This document shows positions 9,969 through 18,877 of a stretch of 64,000 nt of DNA, one piece after another (the first letter of the stretch is position 1; each line of letters begins with the position of its first letter). The stretch spans positions 9,472 through 73,471 of the forward strand of contig CBDVDR010000017.1 of assembly GCA_965372795.1 (NCBI GenBank). Direction: 5' to 3'. Below the pieces are notes generated by a model. It was given only the letters and a program-made list of their open reading frames with translations. It was not told the DNA's origin and made no database searches. Source of the stretch: an uncultured bacterium (GTDB taxonomy: Bacteria; Zixibacteria; MSB-5A5; GN15; FEB-12). A program made the position numbers and the translations under genes.

Positions 9969-11774
9969 TTATTTTTTCCCCGGTGTTGTTTTTAAAAGAG
10001 ATGATGGCACCTGGACTGTCATTTGAAGCAATGCTTGTGCTAATGTTTTCCCTTGAGGGTCGATCATCAATGACTTGGTTCCGCCTCCGCCAAGGGTCTC
10101 TTCAAGCAGAAAATTTAAACCATGCAATATATCTAATTCATAGCGAAGTACTTTACCAAAGGTTATCCCTTCAAAGAATTTTTTAACTTTGTCGGCTGTA
10201 AGATATTCAACCAGCCAGTTATATATCTCCGGCGAACGGGCAAGCACTCCAATATTACAGGTGTCCCCTTTGTCACCGGACCTTGCATAACAAAGCTCCT
10301 GTAGCTTTACCATTTTCGCTTTTCCAGAAGGCTTTTTATATTTTTCTCGTTCTTTAGGCTTAAACAATTCGTCCTGTCGTACCGAGCGAACTCTGATCGG
10401 AAAAGAGATTTCATGGAAATCCTCTTCACCATTCGTGTCAACCACCAATACTTTGGCATTCACCCGACTGCGATGCATCAACGCCGGCCAATAAGCAACG
10501 ACCATTTGCGGTTTGGGTCGACCTCCGGTAGTAACAGCCATTCCTGCTGGACCAGACAGAATCAATGTAGACAATGCTTTCCCGAAATCTTTAACTTTAT
10601 TAACATCTTTATCACGAACTCCAAAACGCAGCATGATTTCGTTAGTTTCACATTGAGAAAGTTGTTCTGGCCATATTGAACCGGAACCGATCATACTCGT
10701 TTGAGTCGCTTCATATTTATGTTTTAATTTTTCCCAGAAAATATCAGCGATGATCTCAGCTTTCCGCTCAACCTCTGGTCCGCAAACCAAAACGGCGCCG
10801 GATGCTTTCCAGCCATCTTCATACGACATTGAAACTTTAAGGAAATCTGGTTCCGGTTTTCCTTTGATTCCAAAAACTTTAACTCGGTTGTTCCCTTCAT
10901 CGGTAAGTTGAATCGTATCAAACCTGGCAATGCCATCGGGTGAAATATAATTTGAGGGATCACCCATCTCATAAAAGAGTTGTTCTTTAACCGTTTTTTC
11001 AGAAACCATCCCACCGGTATTTTTATGTTTGGTCACATAGAAATTTCCGGATTTCTCTATCTCGACAATCGGATAACCGATATTATTAAAATTCTTGACC
11101 TCGTGCCAGTCGGTGATATTCCCGCCGGTAGCCTGTGCCCCGCATTCGATCATATGTCCGGCGACAATCCCCGATGCCATCTTATCCCAGTCATCCATCG
11201 CCCAGCCAAATTCATAAATCATCGGGGCTAAGGTTATCCCGGTATCAGTTACCCTTCCGGTAACAATCACCTGGCAGCCAGCTTCAAGAGCTTTCACGAC
11301 CGGTTCCGCACCAAGATAAATATTTGCCGATGAAATTCTTGAACGGACTTTGTAAAAATCTTCTCCGGTTTCCATATTGGAGAATCTCTCTCCCGCGGCA
11401 GACAGTTCATAAAGCTGATCAACAATATTATCACCGTAAACAACGCCGACTTTCAAATCCAAGCCCATTTTTTTAGCCATCTCAACAATTTTCCGACCCA
11501 TTCCGATAGGATTTATTCCGCCTGCGGATGCAATAACTTTGACTTTCTTTTTACAAATCAGAGGCAGACATTCGGCAAGCTGATCGAGAAAATCAACCGC
11601 ATACCCAAGTTCAGGATTTTTGGCGCGCTGCCTTTGAAGGATTGACATCGTAATTTCAGCTAAAAAATCGATCGTTATATAATCAAGCGGACCACCGGTT
11701 AGTTGTCTTTTCAATGCTGTTAAATCGTCTCCCCAATATCCACCCGCGTTTCCAATTCGGATTTTCTTTTTCAA
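9969..11774 (-). CDS. AtuA-family protein (DUF1446 with DUF4387-like C-terminus)
   Basis: 601 aa. N-terminus [13 protein letters not shown]...[11 protein letters not shown] is typical of acyclic-terpene-utilisation AtuA. C-terminal ARSGDKGD... module. TTG start with AAGGA RBS. 2 nt from the MCC-beta start. Confidence 0.7.
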   Translation of the reverse strand: MKKKIRIGNAGGYWGDDLTALKRQLTGGPLDYITIDFLAEITMSILQRQRAKNPELGYAVDFLDQLAECLPLICKKKVKVIASAGGINPIGMGRKIVEMAKKMGLDLKVGVVYGDNIVDQLYELSAAGERFSNMETGEDFYKVRSRISSANIYLGAEPVVKALEAGCQVIVTGRVTDTGITLAPMIYEFGWAMDDWDKMASGIVAGHMIECGAQATGGNITDWHEVKNFNNIGYPIVEIEKSGNFYVTKHKNTGGMVSEKTVKEQLFYEMGDPSNYISPDGIARFDTIQLTDEGNNRVKVFGIKGKPEPDFLKVSMSYEDGWKASGAVLVCGPEVERKAEIIADIFWEKLKHKYEATQTSMIGSGSIWPEQLSQCETNEIMLRFGVRDKDVNKVKDFGKALSTLILSGPAGMAVTTGGRPKPQMVVAYWPALMHRSRVNAKVLVVDTNGEEDFHEISFPIRVRSVRQDELFKPKEREKYKKPSGKAKMVKLQELCYARSGDKGDTCNIGVLARSPEIYNWLVEYLTADKVKKFFEGITFGKVLRYELDILHGLNFLLEETLGGGGTKSLMIDPQGKTLAQALLQMTVQVPSSLLKTTPGKK

Positions 11775-11883
11775 TTTATAATCCTTTAAATTTTTCCCGA
11801 TTTATACAGTTATATACCAAGAAGCTAATATATGCCAAAGAGTTGGATTTGTAAAGCAAGGCAGGAAATTGGTCGCAAACCGG

Positions 11884-12933
11884 CTAATCTTCGAGTTCGG
11901 CGGTCGTCACCCTTGTAATTTCCTGATAAATATTTTCAGTGAATTTAAAACAACCGTCATTTGTCAAATGACATATATCATTAAAATGAATTCCATCCTT
12001 GGGAATCAATTGATTTTGATCTACAAACAGAACCTGATTATGATTTTTAGAAATATTAGATAAAACTTGATTATGAACGCCTAAGCCTTTAATAATATTT
12101 TCAAATTGCCCCCATATCTCAATTGGATACTGATTGGAACTATATTCAAGAGATTTTTCTGCAAACGATTCAAGAGAATAATTATCCGGAACGAAAGATG
12201 CAAAACTCATCATAAGAATCTGTTCATCTTTCTGTTCAGCCAAATCTATTATACTTTCTAAATTATCTGAAAATGATTCTGCTGTTTTAATATCTGAACC
12301 GTACTGAAGCCATTCCTGGCGGGGTTGGTTCATTTCAATAAACTCTCGACCATTGATGAAATTATTGAACCGATTATAAAACAGTCTCGATACTGCAGGA
12401 ATTGCAGAATACTCGAGCGATGAACAACCTGTCAATAAATTGAGTTCGTTATACCAATCATAGTGTGAGTAATCTGTTTGAAATATATCCGGCGGACAAT
12501 TGTTCGCCCGTAATTCGTTGATACCATGATAAAGAACAACAAGATCAAAATTTATATTAATTAGTTGCGAATATTTATAGTAGCTGTCCAAAGATGTATG
12601 TGCCCGTTCGGCAAGATTAAATATTTCAACATACTTACCGGTCGCTTCAGAAAGCATCTTCCCCATCGCAATTTGAATGTTCCCAAAATCATTATTCATC
12701 ACCGAACCGCCCAGCAAAAGCACTTTATATGCATCTTTTGGTGATCGGTTTATCCCCCGCTTGATATGTTTTAATTCAGGATAATACTTATAGATGTAAT
12801 CTATTGGAGTTATAAAAGATGTTTCATATTTCTGGACAAAGTAAACACGGGAAAGAATCTCTATCAAAAACAGAAAATAGATTGCAATTAAAAAATAAAA
12901 AATCGGCTTCCGCTGCCTCGTCTTAATCTCCAC
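11884..12933 (-). CDS. membrane-anchored SGNH/GDSL-like hydrolase-fold protein
   Basis: 349 aa. N-terminal TM (IFYFLIAIYFLFLIEIL), block-I-like LLLGGSV, block III YHGINE, block V NDICHLT. GTG start. Confidence 0.5.
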   Translation of the reverse strand: MEIKTRQRKPIFYFLIAIYFLFLIEILSRVYFVQKYETSFITPIDYIYKYYPELKHIKRGINRSPKDAYKVLLLGGSVMNNDFGNIQIAMGKMLSEATGKYVEIFNLAERAHTSLDSYYKYSQLININFDLVVLYHGINELRANNCPPDIFQTDYSHYDWYNELNLLTGCSSLEYSAIPAVSRLFYNRFNNFINGREFIEMNQPRQEWLQYGSDIKTAESFSDNLESIIDLAEQKDEQILMMSFASFVPDNYSLESFAEKSLEYSSNQYPIEIWGQFENIIKGLGVHNQVLSNISKNHNQVLFVDQNQLIPKDGIHFNDICHLTNDGCFKFTENIYQEITRVTTAELED

Positions 12934-13051
12934 TATTCCCCTCGATTATATGTAGCAAGTTCATCCTGAAGCTTGCGGTATATTTATTTGAAAAAGTTAC
13001 AATGCGATCACTTAGTTGTCAACAATGTGGTTAATAATATTTCGAAATATT

Positions 13052-14101
13052 CTATTGATTGGACAACTCAATAACTTCCAATAGATTATCGACAAACTTC
13101 ACACACCCCGAATCTGTTAAATGGCAGGCATCGTTAAAATATAGTTTCCGCTTCGGGATTAAAAGATTTTGATCAACATAAAATGTCTGTGGATTTTCCA
13201 GATGAAGCGATGCTATTACTTGGTTATGCTCTTTCAACCCTCGCCTGACATTCCCCGGATGGCCCCAAATTTCTACCGGATACTTATTGTCGCTATACTC
13301 AAGAGCCAATTTCTTAAAATCACTCAAGTTATAACTTAACGGGAGATAAAAAGCATAAGACGCAAGAACCAATTTTTCAGTTTTCGACTCAGCCAAATCA
13401 ATTATCTTTTTATAATTTATAGCAAAGGCTTCTGCTGTCTTAATTGTAAAACCAAACTTCAGCCATTCATCTTTAATATAACTCGGGTCAAAAACTTCTT
13501 TCCTGCCGGAACTATGAAGATACTGCGCGTAAATCAACTTAAACGCTATCGGCAAAGTCAGCAAATTATTAAACGTATCAGTACTCAATGTATTCAGTTC
13601 GGCATACCAGCCATAATGACTATAATCCAATTTAAATAATTCCGGCGGACAATTGTTGGCGCGAAGCTCATTAATCCCATGATACAAAATCACCAGATCA
13701 AATTTATAATCTTCCAACAGTTTATATTTATAATAACTGTCTAAACTTGTATGAGCCATCTCGGCCAGATTAAAAAGCTTTACTGTTTTACCTAATGAAT
13801 TGCTCAGCCTCTGTTCTAAAACTTCCCCAATACTTCCAAACTCCGGATTCAATACCGACCCGCCCAGCATCAAAACTTTATACTCAGCCTCAGAATTTTG
13901 ATTTTCTTCTTCAACCTCTAGTAATTCAGGATAAAAATGATAGATCGAATCTGTCGGTGCGATAAAACTTGCATCATATCGGATTACAAAATAAACCCGC
14001 GAAAGAATTTCAAGCAACACCAGACAATAAATTGCAAATATTAAATATTTACCATATCTCTTGATTGAGCTGTTCTTATATTCAATTGGTCGAGTTTTCA
14101 T
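13052..14101 (-). CDS. membrane-anchored SGNH/GDSL-like hydrolase-fold protein (tandem paralog)
   Basis: 349 aa, colinear with 11884-12933: same length, shared LEILSRVYFV, DLV(I/V)LYHGINELRANNCPP, FNDACHLT. Confidence 0.5.
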   Translation of the reverse strand: MKTRPIEYKNSSIKRYGKYLIFAIYCLVLLEILSRVYFVIRYDASFIAPTDSIYHFYPELLEVEEENQNSEAEYKVLMLGGSVLNPEFGSIGEVLEQRLSNSLGKTVKLFNLAEMAHTSLDSYYKYKLLEDYKFDLVILYHGINELRANNCPPELFKLDYSHYGWYAELNTLSTDTFNNLLTLPIAFKLIYAQYLHSSGRKEVFDPSYIKDEWLKFGFTIKTAEAFAINYKKIIDLAESKTEKLVLASYAFYLPLSYNLSDFKKLALEYSDNKYPVEIWGHPGNVRRGLKEHNQVIASLHLENPQTFYVDQNLLIPKRKLYFNDACHLTDSGCVKFVDNLLEVIELSNQ

Positions 14102-14157
14102 ATCTATGAAGTTAATATATTATTATTTCAATCCATGTCAACTTTAACCCACACACT

Positions 14158-14217
14158 TCGTGTGTCTATTTTTCGTGTGTCTATTTTTCGTGTGCCTATT
14201 TTTCGTGTGTCCATTTT
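14158..14217. repeat. 15-bp direct tandem repeat x4 (TCGTGTGTCTATTTT)
   Basis: The 'tcg' register recurs at 14158, 14173, 14188 and 14203 (period 15; copies 3 and 4 each carry one substitution). The array begins with the palindrome cacacTTCgtgtg (14152-14164). Confidence 0.9.
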
Positions 14218-14251
14218 TTGTAAGTAATTATTAAACCATATTGAACCATAC

Positions 14252-14280
14252 TTGACAGAATGAGTTATTTTTTATATTCT
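14252..14280 (+). promoter_or_regulatory. putative sigma70-type promoter (TTGACA-N17-TATTCT)
   Basis: TTGACA at 14252-14257 and TATTCT at 14275-14280, about 40 nt upstream of the CysK-like ATG. Promoter consensus for this lineage is unknown. Confidence 0.35.
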
Positions 14281-14321
14281 AATAATGGAGCAAAAATCTT
14301 TCATTTAAACAAGGGATTCAA

Positions 14322-15425
14322 ATGGATAAATCTACCCAGCGCAGACTTCAATCTTTGTCATTTTTGGTAGGAAACACTCCCCTTTTAGATATTTCATTTA
14401 ATTATAACGGCACAAAAAGGCATATCTATGCCAAAGCTGAGAATTTAAACATGACCGGCTCCATCAAAGACCGCATGGCGCTTCATATTCTCAAAAGAGC
14501 CTACGCCGAGGGACGACTCAAACCCGGCGATACCATTATCGAGGCTACCAGCGGAAACACCGGCATCTCGTTTGCAAGTATCGGTCGTGCGATGGGTCAT
14601 CCGGTTACTATATTCATGCCGGACTGGATGAGTCGCGAACGGGTCGATCTGATTCAAAGCCTAGGCGCCACAATCAGACCGGTCACCCGTGATGAAGGCG
14701 GCTTTGTCGGAAGTATCAAAATGTCAGAAGAACTCGCTTTGCAATCTGAAAACAATTTCCTGCCTTGCCAGTTCTCCAATAACGACAATGTCGAAGCCCA
14801 TTACGAAACAACTGCTCCGGAACTTTGGTGGCAGTTGCGATTCCATGATAAAACCCCTGATGCTTTTGTTGCCGGAGTCGGCACCGGCGGAACCATTATG
14901 GGGATTGGCAAATTCTTAAAAGAACAAAACCCGGGTATCCGTGTTCATGCTATGGAGCCGGCAAGTTCCCCCACTCTTCGAATCGGTAAAAAAGTTGGTT
15001 CGCATCGGATTCAGGGAATTTCCGATGAATTTATTCCTGCGATTTTAAATTTGAATGACCTTGATGATATAATAGATGTCCATGACGGCGACGCTATTAT
15101 TATGGCGCAGAAACTTTCTGCCGAACTTGGTTTGGCGGTTGGTATTTCTTCCGGTGCAAATTTCCTTGCCGCCTTGTTAGTACAGGATCAGATTGCCCCG
15201 GATGCGATAGTTGTTACGATTTTCCCGGATGATAATAAAAAATACTTAAGCACCGATTTACTTCGCGTGGAACCGATCAAATCAGATTACCTCTCCCCTT
15301 CGATTGAACTGTTTGATTTCAATTCCTTTAAACGCACTTGCCATACTTGTTGTGATTACCATTATTGCACCCAAAAAATAGTCCCCATCGAATCAGACAT
15401 TGAGGCGATCAAACATACCCACTAA
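14322..15425 (+). CDS. PLP-dependent cysteine synthase/CBS-family enzyme with Cys/His-rich C-terminal extension
   Basis: 367 aa. PLP-lysine motif GSIKDR, TSGNTG, GVGTGGT, SSGAN. About 60 extra C-terminal residues including [16 protein letters not shown]...HTH. Confidence 0.8.
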   Translation: MDKSTQRRLQSLSFLVGNTPLLDISFNYNGTKRHIYAKAENLNMTGSIKDRMALHILKRAYAEGRLKPGDTIIEATSGNTGISFASIGRAMGHPVTIFMPDWMSRERVDLIQSLGATIRPVTRDEGGFVGSIKMSEELALQSENNFLPCQFSNNDNVEAHYETTAPELWWQLRFHDKTPDAFVAGVGTGGTIMGIGKFLKEQNPGIRVHAMEPASSPTLRIGKKVGSHRIQGISDEFIPAILNLNDLDDIIDVHDGDAIIMAQKLSAELGLAVGISSGANFLAALLVQDQIAPDAIVVTIFPDDNKKYLSTDLLRVEPIKSDYLSPSIELFDFNSFKRTCHTCCDYHYCTQKIVPIESDIEAIKHTH

Positions 15426-15441
15426 ATTCTTATTAGCACAA

Positions 15442-15590
15442 GTAGGGCAGTGATCCCTGTGATCCTGCCATTTATGATTTCTTTCATGTTCTGTTGGGTC
15501 CTGATTTACCAAAGGTAAATTGTGACCCGACAGCACAAGTAGGGCAGGTCTCAACCAACCCTCGGTTGATAAAAACCTGCCTTTTTTTTT
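15442..15590 (+). repeat. two REP-like units (gcacaaGTAGGGCAG + hairpin); the second doubles as a terminator
   Basis: gtagggcagtgatccctgtgatcctgcc (15442-15469) and gtagggcaggtctcaacc...acctgcc (to 15581) followed by T9 (15582-15590). Shared leader gcacaagtagggcag. Confidence 0.75.
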
Positions 15591-15656
15591 GAATTCGAAT
15601 ACAAATTTCCGTATAAAAAACAACAATGATAATTAATAACATGAAAGGATATTATT

Positions 15657-16490
15657 ATGGAATTTGATAACATTTTAGAAAAACTAATTGAGTGGGGTGC
15701 ACTATACGGCACCAAAATTATCGGTGCCTTTGTAATTTTAGTCATTGGGAGAATTGTTACAGGAATAATTTCAAAACTTGTTCATCGACTTATGGTAAAA
15801 TCAAGTTTGGATAATGCTCTGGTACAATTTGCTACAACTCTGACAAGAATCACGATGTTAACTTTTGTAGTTCTGGCTGCGTTAAGCTCACTTGGGGTTG
15901 AAACAACTTCTTTTATTGCTATATTGGGTGCTGCCGGTTTAGCGATTGGTTTTGCTCTGCAGGGATCGTTATCTAATTTTGCTTCGGGAATCATGTTGAT
16001 TATTTTCCAACCCTTCAAAAGTGAAGACTTAGTTGAAGCTGGAGGGCATCTTGGGGTTGTAAGAGAAATTAATGTTTTTCATACTGTCATAATTTCATTG
16101 GATAATAAAAGAATTATAATACCTAACGGTAAAATTACAGGTGATAGCATTATAAATTATTCAGCTGAAGGATCTCTTCGTGTTGATATGGTTTTTGGTA
16201 TCGCATATCATGATAATATCAGCAAAGCAAAAGGTATATTGGAAGACATCTTAAAAGCTGACGGCCGTGTTTTAGACGATCCGCCATTTACGGTTGTGGT
16301 AAAAGAACTGGGAAACAGTTCGGTTGATTTTGCAGTCAGACCGTTTGTTAAAGTTGCAGACTACTGGGCTGTGTATTATGATACAACCGAAAAGGTGAAA
16401 AAGGCTTTTGACGAAAAAGGTGTTACGATACCATTCCCTCAACGCGATGTTCATTTTTACAAAGATTCAACCGAACCAATTTTGGAATAA
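15657..16490 (+). CDS. small-conductance mechanosensitive channel (MscS family)
   Basis: 277 aa. Three N-terminal TM helices, pore-helix motif AAGLAIGFALQGSLSNFASG, beta-domain afterwards. RBS AAAGGA. Confidence 0.85.
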   Translation: MEFDNILEKLIEWGALYGTKIIGAFVILVIGRIVTGIISKLVHRLMVKSSLDNALVQFATTLTRITMLTFVVLAALSSLGVETTSFIAILGAAGLAIGFALQGSLSNFASGIMLIIFQPFKSEDLVEAGGHLGVVREINVFHTVIISLDNKRIIIPNGKITGDSIINYSAEGSLRVDMVFGIAYHDNISKAKGILEDILKADGRVLDDPPFTVVVKELGNSSVDFAVRPFVKVADYWAVYYDTTEKVKKAFDEKGVTIPFPQRDVHFYKDSTEPILE

Positions 16491-16491
16491 T

Positions 16492-16615
16492 AGCCCGTAG
16501 GGCAGGACTCTTTAGCAGTTTTGCCAATCAGCCCGTAGGTCAGGTCTCTTTAGCAGTTCTGCCAATCAGCCCGTAGGTCAGGTCTCTCTTCTCTTGGAGA
16601 CCTGATCTGCATACT
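16492..16615 (+). repeat. 38-bp tandem REP array (2 full units plus a variant third unit)
   Basis: agcccgtagg(g/t)cagg(a/t)ctctttagcagtt(t/c)tgccaatc at 16492-16529 and 16530-16567. The third unit (16568-) continues into the hairpin caggtctc..gagacctg. Confidence 0.9.
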
Positions 16616-16687
16616 GTATTTTTCATAAAATAAATCATTTTCTTCTAAAAAAATCCGTGTAACTCTTTAATTTATTTAGCAATACAG

Positions 16688-16805
16688 CGAAATGGGTTCG
16701 TTTCAACACTTCGTGTTTTTGACTCTGGCGAAACTTGCATACATGGAGTGATTTTCAAAATGGGTTCGTTTCCTCATTTTTATACTTGCGTATACTTCGA
16801 ATGTT
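16688..16805 (+). repeat. composite roughly 120-bp repeat (aaatgggttcgtttc ... ctggcgaaact ... tatacttgcgtatacttcg), inverted copy at 38485-38735
   Basis: The reverse complement aligns block by block with 38561-38735: cgaagtat(g/a)cg(t/c)aagtataaaaa, aaacgaacccattt, aagtttcgccagag, aaaacac..gtg. Confidence 0.8.
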
Positions 16806-16863
16806 CTTGATACCGTAAATATTGTTTTCAAATACATTCTTATTTTTTATTTGAAATAAAACT

Positions 16864-16910
16864 CCCGTAGGTCAGGTCTCTCTTGGCTTCGAGACCTGAT
16901 CTGCATCCTG
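16864..16910 (+). repeat. REP-like unit (ccGTAGGtcaggtctc-loop-gagacctgatctg)
   Basis: Same family as 16568-16610 and 34288-34328. 8-bp stem caggtctc/gagacctg. Confidence 0.85.
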
Positions 16911-17049
16911 TATTCTCAAAGTATAGTTTCTTAGTTTTTCTCATAATTTTAGACATAACTTACCGTTCCTCTTTTCATAGAGAGGTATGAATTCTTATTC
17001 ACTAATGAAATGATGTTGAATTTGTAAGTGAGTGAAGGAAGATTTCTTC

Positions 17050-17123
17050 GTAGGGTTCAGGCATGCCTGAACCATTTTGTGGGCGGCAGACGCCAACCAC
17101 ACCTCGTGTGCTCGTCTGCCCCA
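17050..17123 (+). repeat. two REP-like units (GTAGGG+ttcaggcatgcctgaa; gtgggcggcagacg...cgtctgcccc)
   Basis: Palindromes are visible directly. The second family recurs at 33720, 33771 and 34091. Confidence 0.8.
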
Positions 17124-17137
17124 TCTTCACAATAATC

Positions 17138-17190
17138 GGGTGCCCCACTCCTTGGGGTGGGTTTCTATTCATCTTAACCAACTGAACACA
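17138..17190 (+). repeat. left copy of a 53-bp direct repeat (27 bp perfect) bounding a 1.74-kb cassette
   Basis: gggtgccccactccttggggtgggttt is identical at 17138-17164 and 18878-18904, with weaker similarity for a further 26 nt. On the minus strand the left copy still reads V F S W L R stop. Confidence 0.85.
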
Positions 17191-17389
17191 TCAGTACTAT
17201 CTAGACATACTCTACTTCTACTTGATATGAATATATTAATAATTATTGACAAAAAATTTCAACATTATATCTTAATATTGAAACACGCACATCATAGTAG
17301 TCACATTTAAAGCTTGATTGACATAAACCTAACTTAAGAGTTGTCTTTTGAAAAGATTGTAATTCAACACTTTCAATAGTGGAGGAGAT

Positions 17390-18745
17390 ATGTTAAATAT
17401 TTCGGAATGTCAATCAGATCTCAATGAAGAAGAAATATTACAATGTCACTCAGAACTCATAGAGGACCTAAACTTTTTCCAAAGCACAGAATTTACAACC
17501 AAATTTCGCGATAATTTTAATTTAAAAAAACTTACACGAAAAAAGGGTATTAATGATCTGCAGAATAGAATTTCGAATTTCAGTTCAGAACCTTATTGTC
17601 ATCAATTGTACTCATACATTGATGAATTAAGGATGTGGGGCAAACAACAAATTTTTTTATATAAATTTAAACCTGCTGATAAAAATGACACCTTTCTAAA
17701 TGAGCTCTCCAAACCGGCATATATTCAAGAAAATTTAAAGAATAAAAACGTCGAAAATGTATTTGAAAATAATATTTGTTACTTAAAATCTGAAAAGCCT
17801 ATTTTGGCTCATGTATATTACGAAAACAAAAATAATAAAACTGTTAAATTGATATTCAAATGGATAATGACTCGCAAGTACTTTAAACTTGTTGGTAAAA
17901 CGTATATGCCAAGAGAAATACGATCGACCAGTTTTTTTGTTGTAAATTTGCTTGATGGCTTCGCAGAAATACGTCTACAACAATTACCACCCAACCCAAA
18001 TTTGAATCCGATGCAAGAACGCGATATGTATATAAAAGAAATTAACAAATATATCGACTTTCATAAATTTTCGTTGATAGAACTTAAACCGATTATGGAA
18101 ATAATTCTGAAAAAAGCAATCTTTACAAATAAAGCTGTAAATATTGTAAGTAGTAATAAGCCAGGTCATTTAATTTTTAAAAATTTATTTCCACGGTTTT
18201 ACAAACACCCTGTTGCTAATAGTGTTTCAGCATATTGGACTTGTAAACAGGACATTATAGGTAAATCAAAAATTAATTTTACATTATTTAGAGAAAGTAA
18301 CAGCATTAAATTAACGGGTGTAGTTGATCCTAAAAAATTAAATAAAATTTTAAATAAAATTTATGAAATCCATGAAGGTAATACTGATCCAATCGATCAT
18401 ATTCCATTTATAAGAAATGGTATTGTAGGTACAACGCTTAAACTTGTAGAAAATAAAGAAAAAACTGAGACTGTCCTGGTAACAACAGGGAGCCTCGGCG
18501 CATTTCTAATTTGGACTTTATGGGAGTTTTTGGTTGAATATATTAACCTTAAATTAACAGAACAGATTACTTGGCTCGATACAAATTATACTAAAAGTGT
18601 TGTAGAAATTTCATATATAATATTGTACTATGGAATTGACCGGATTATTCTTAGCATAAAATTTCTATTTATTCAAAGTCCTTTTAAGCTCATAAAGTTG
18701 ATTGCGGATTCAAAAAATAAGAAGATTACAGATTTGAGAACATAA
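17390..18745 (+). CDS. hypothetical protein, soluble N-terminal region plus two C-terminal TM helices
   Basis: 451 aa. Strong RBS GGAGGAG 3-9 nt upstream of the ATG. Very AT-rich, Lys/Asn/Ile-rich. Predicted TMs VLVTTGSLGAFLIWTLWEFLV and VVEISYIILYYGIDRIILSIKFLFI. No family recognised. Confidence 0.6.
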   Translation: MLNISECQSDLNEEEILQCHSELIEDLNFFQSTEFTTKFRDNFNLKKLTRKKGINDLQNRISNFSSEPYCHQLYSYIDELRMWGKQQIFLYKFKPADKNDTFLNELSKPAYIQENLKNKNVENVFENNICYLKSEKPILAHVYYENKNNKTVKLIFKWIMTRKYFKLVGKTYMPREIRSTSFFVVNLLDGFAEIRLQQLPPNPNLNPMQERDMYIKEINKYIDFHKFSLIELKPIMEIILKKAIFTNKAVNIVSSNKPGHLIFKNLFPRFYKHPVANSVSAYWTCKQDIIGKSKINFTLFRESNSIKLTGVVDPKKLNKILNKIYEIHEGNTDPIDHIPFIRNGIVGTTLKLVENKEKTETVLVTTGSLGAFLIWTLWEFLVEYINLKLTEQITWLDTNYTKSVVEISYIILYYGIDRIILSIKFLFIQSPFKLIKLIADSKNKKITDLRT

Positions 18746-18877
18746 GATTATTGTTTAAGAGAACAGAAAAGATGGGACATTGCCATACAAAATGATTTGT
18801 CACTATAATAGTTTTACTGATCCGTTTGATGTATCCGACAAACCATGCGTTTAAGCAACTACATACCATTGTCCCAA

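Noticed and set aside
16492-16615. Possible CRISPR-like array (38-bp direct repeats).
   Set aside because: The units are directly adjacent with no spacers, there are only about 2.5 copies, each begins with the GTAGG REP signature, and no cas genes are in the window. This is a tandem REP array, not a CRISPR.
17077-17310. Small ORFs inside REP clusters (17077-17310, 33714-33896, 38389-38574, 38546-38847).
   Set aside because: They are composed of repeat-unit translations (for example ..CARLPH.., ..GRRPRLPHP..), lack RBSs, and recur only because the DNA repeats recur.
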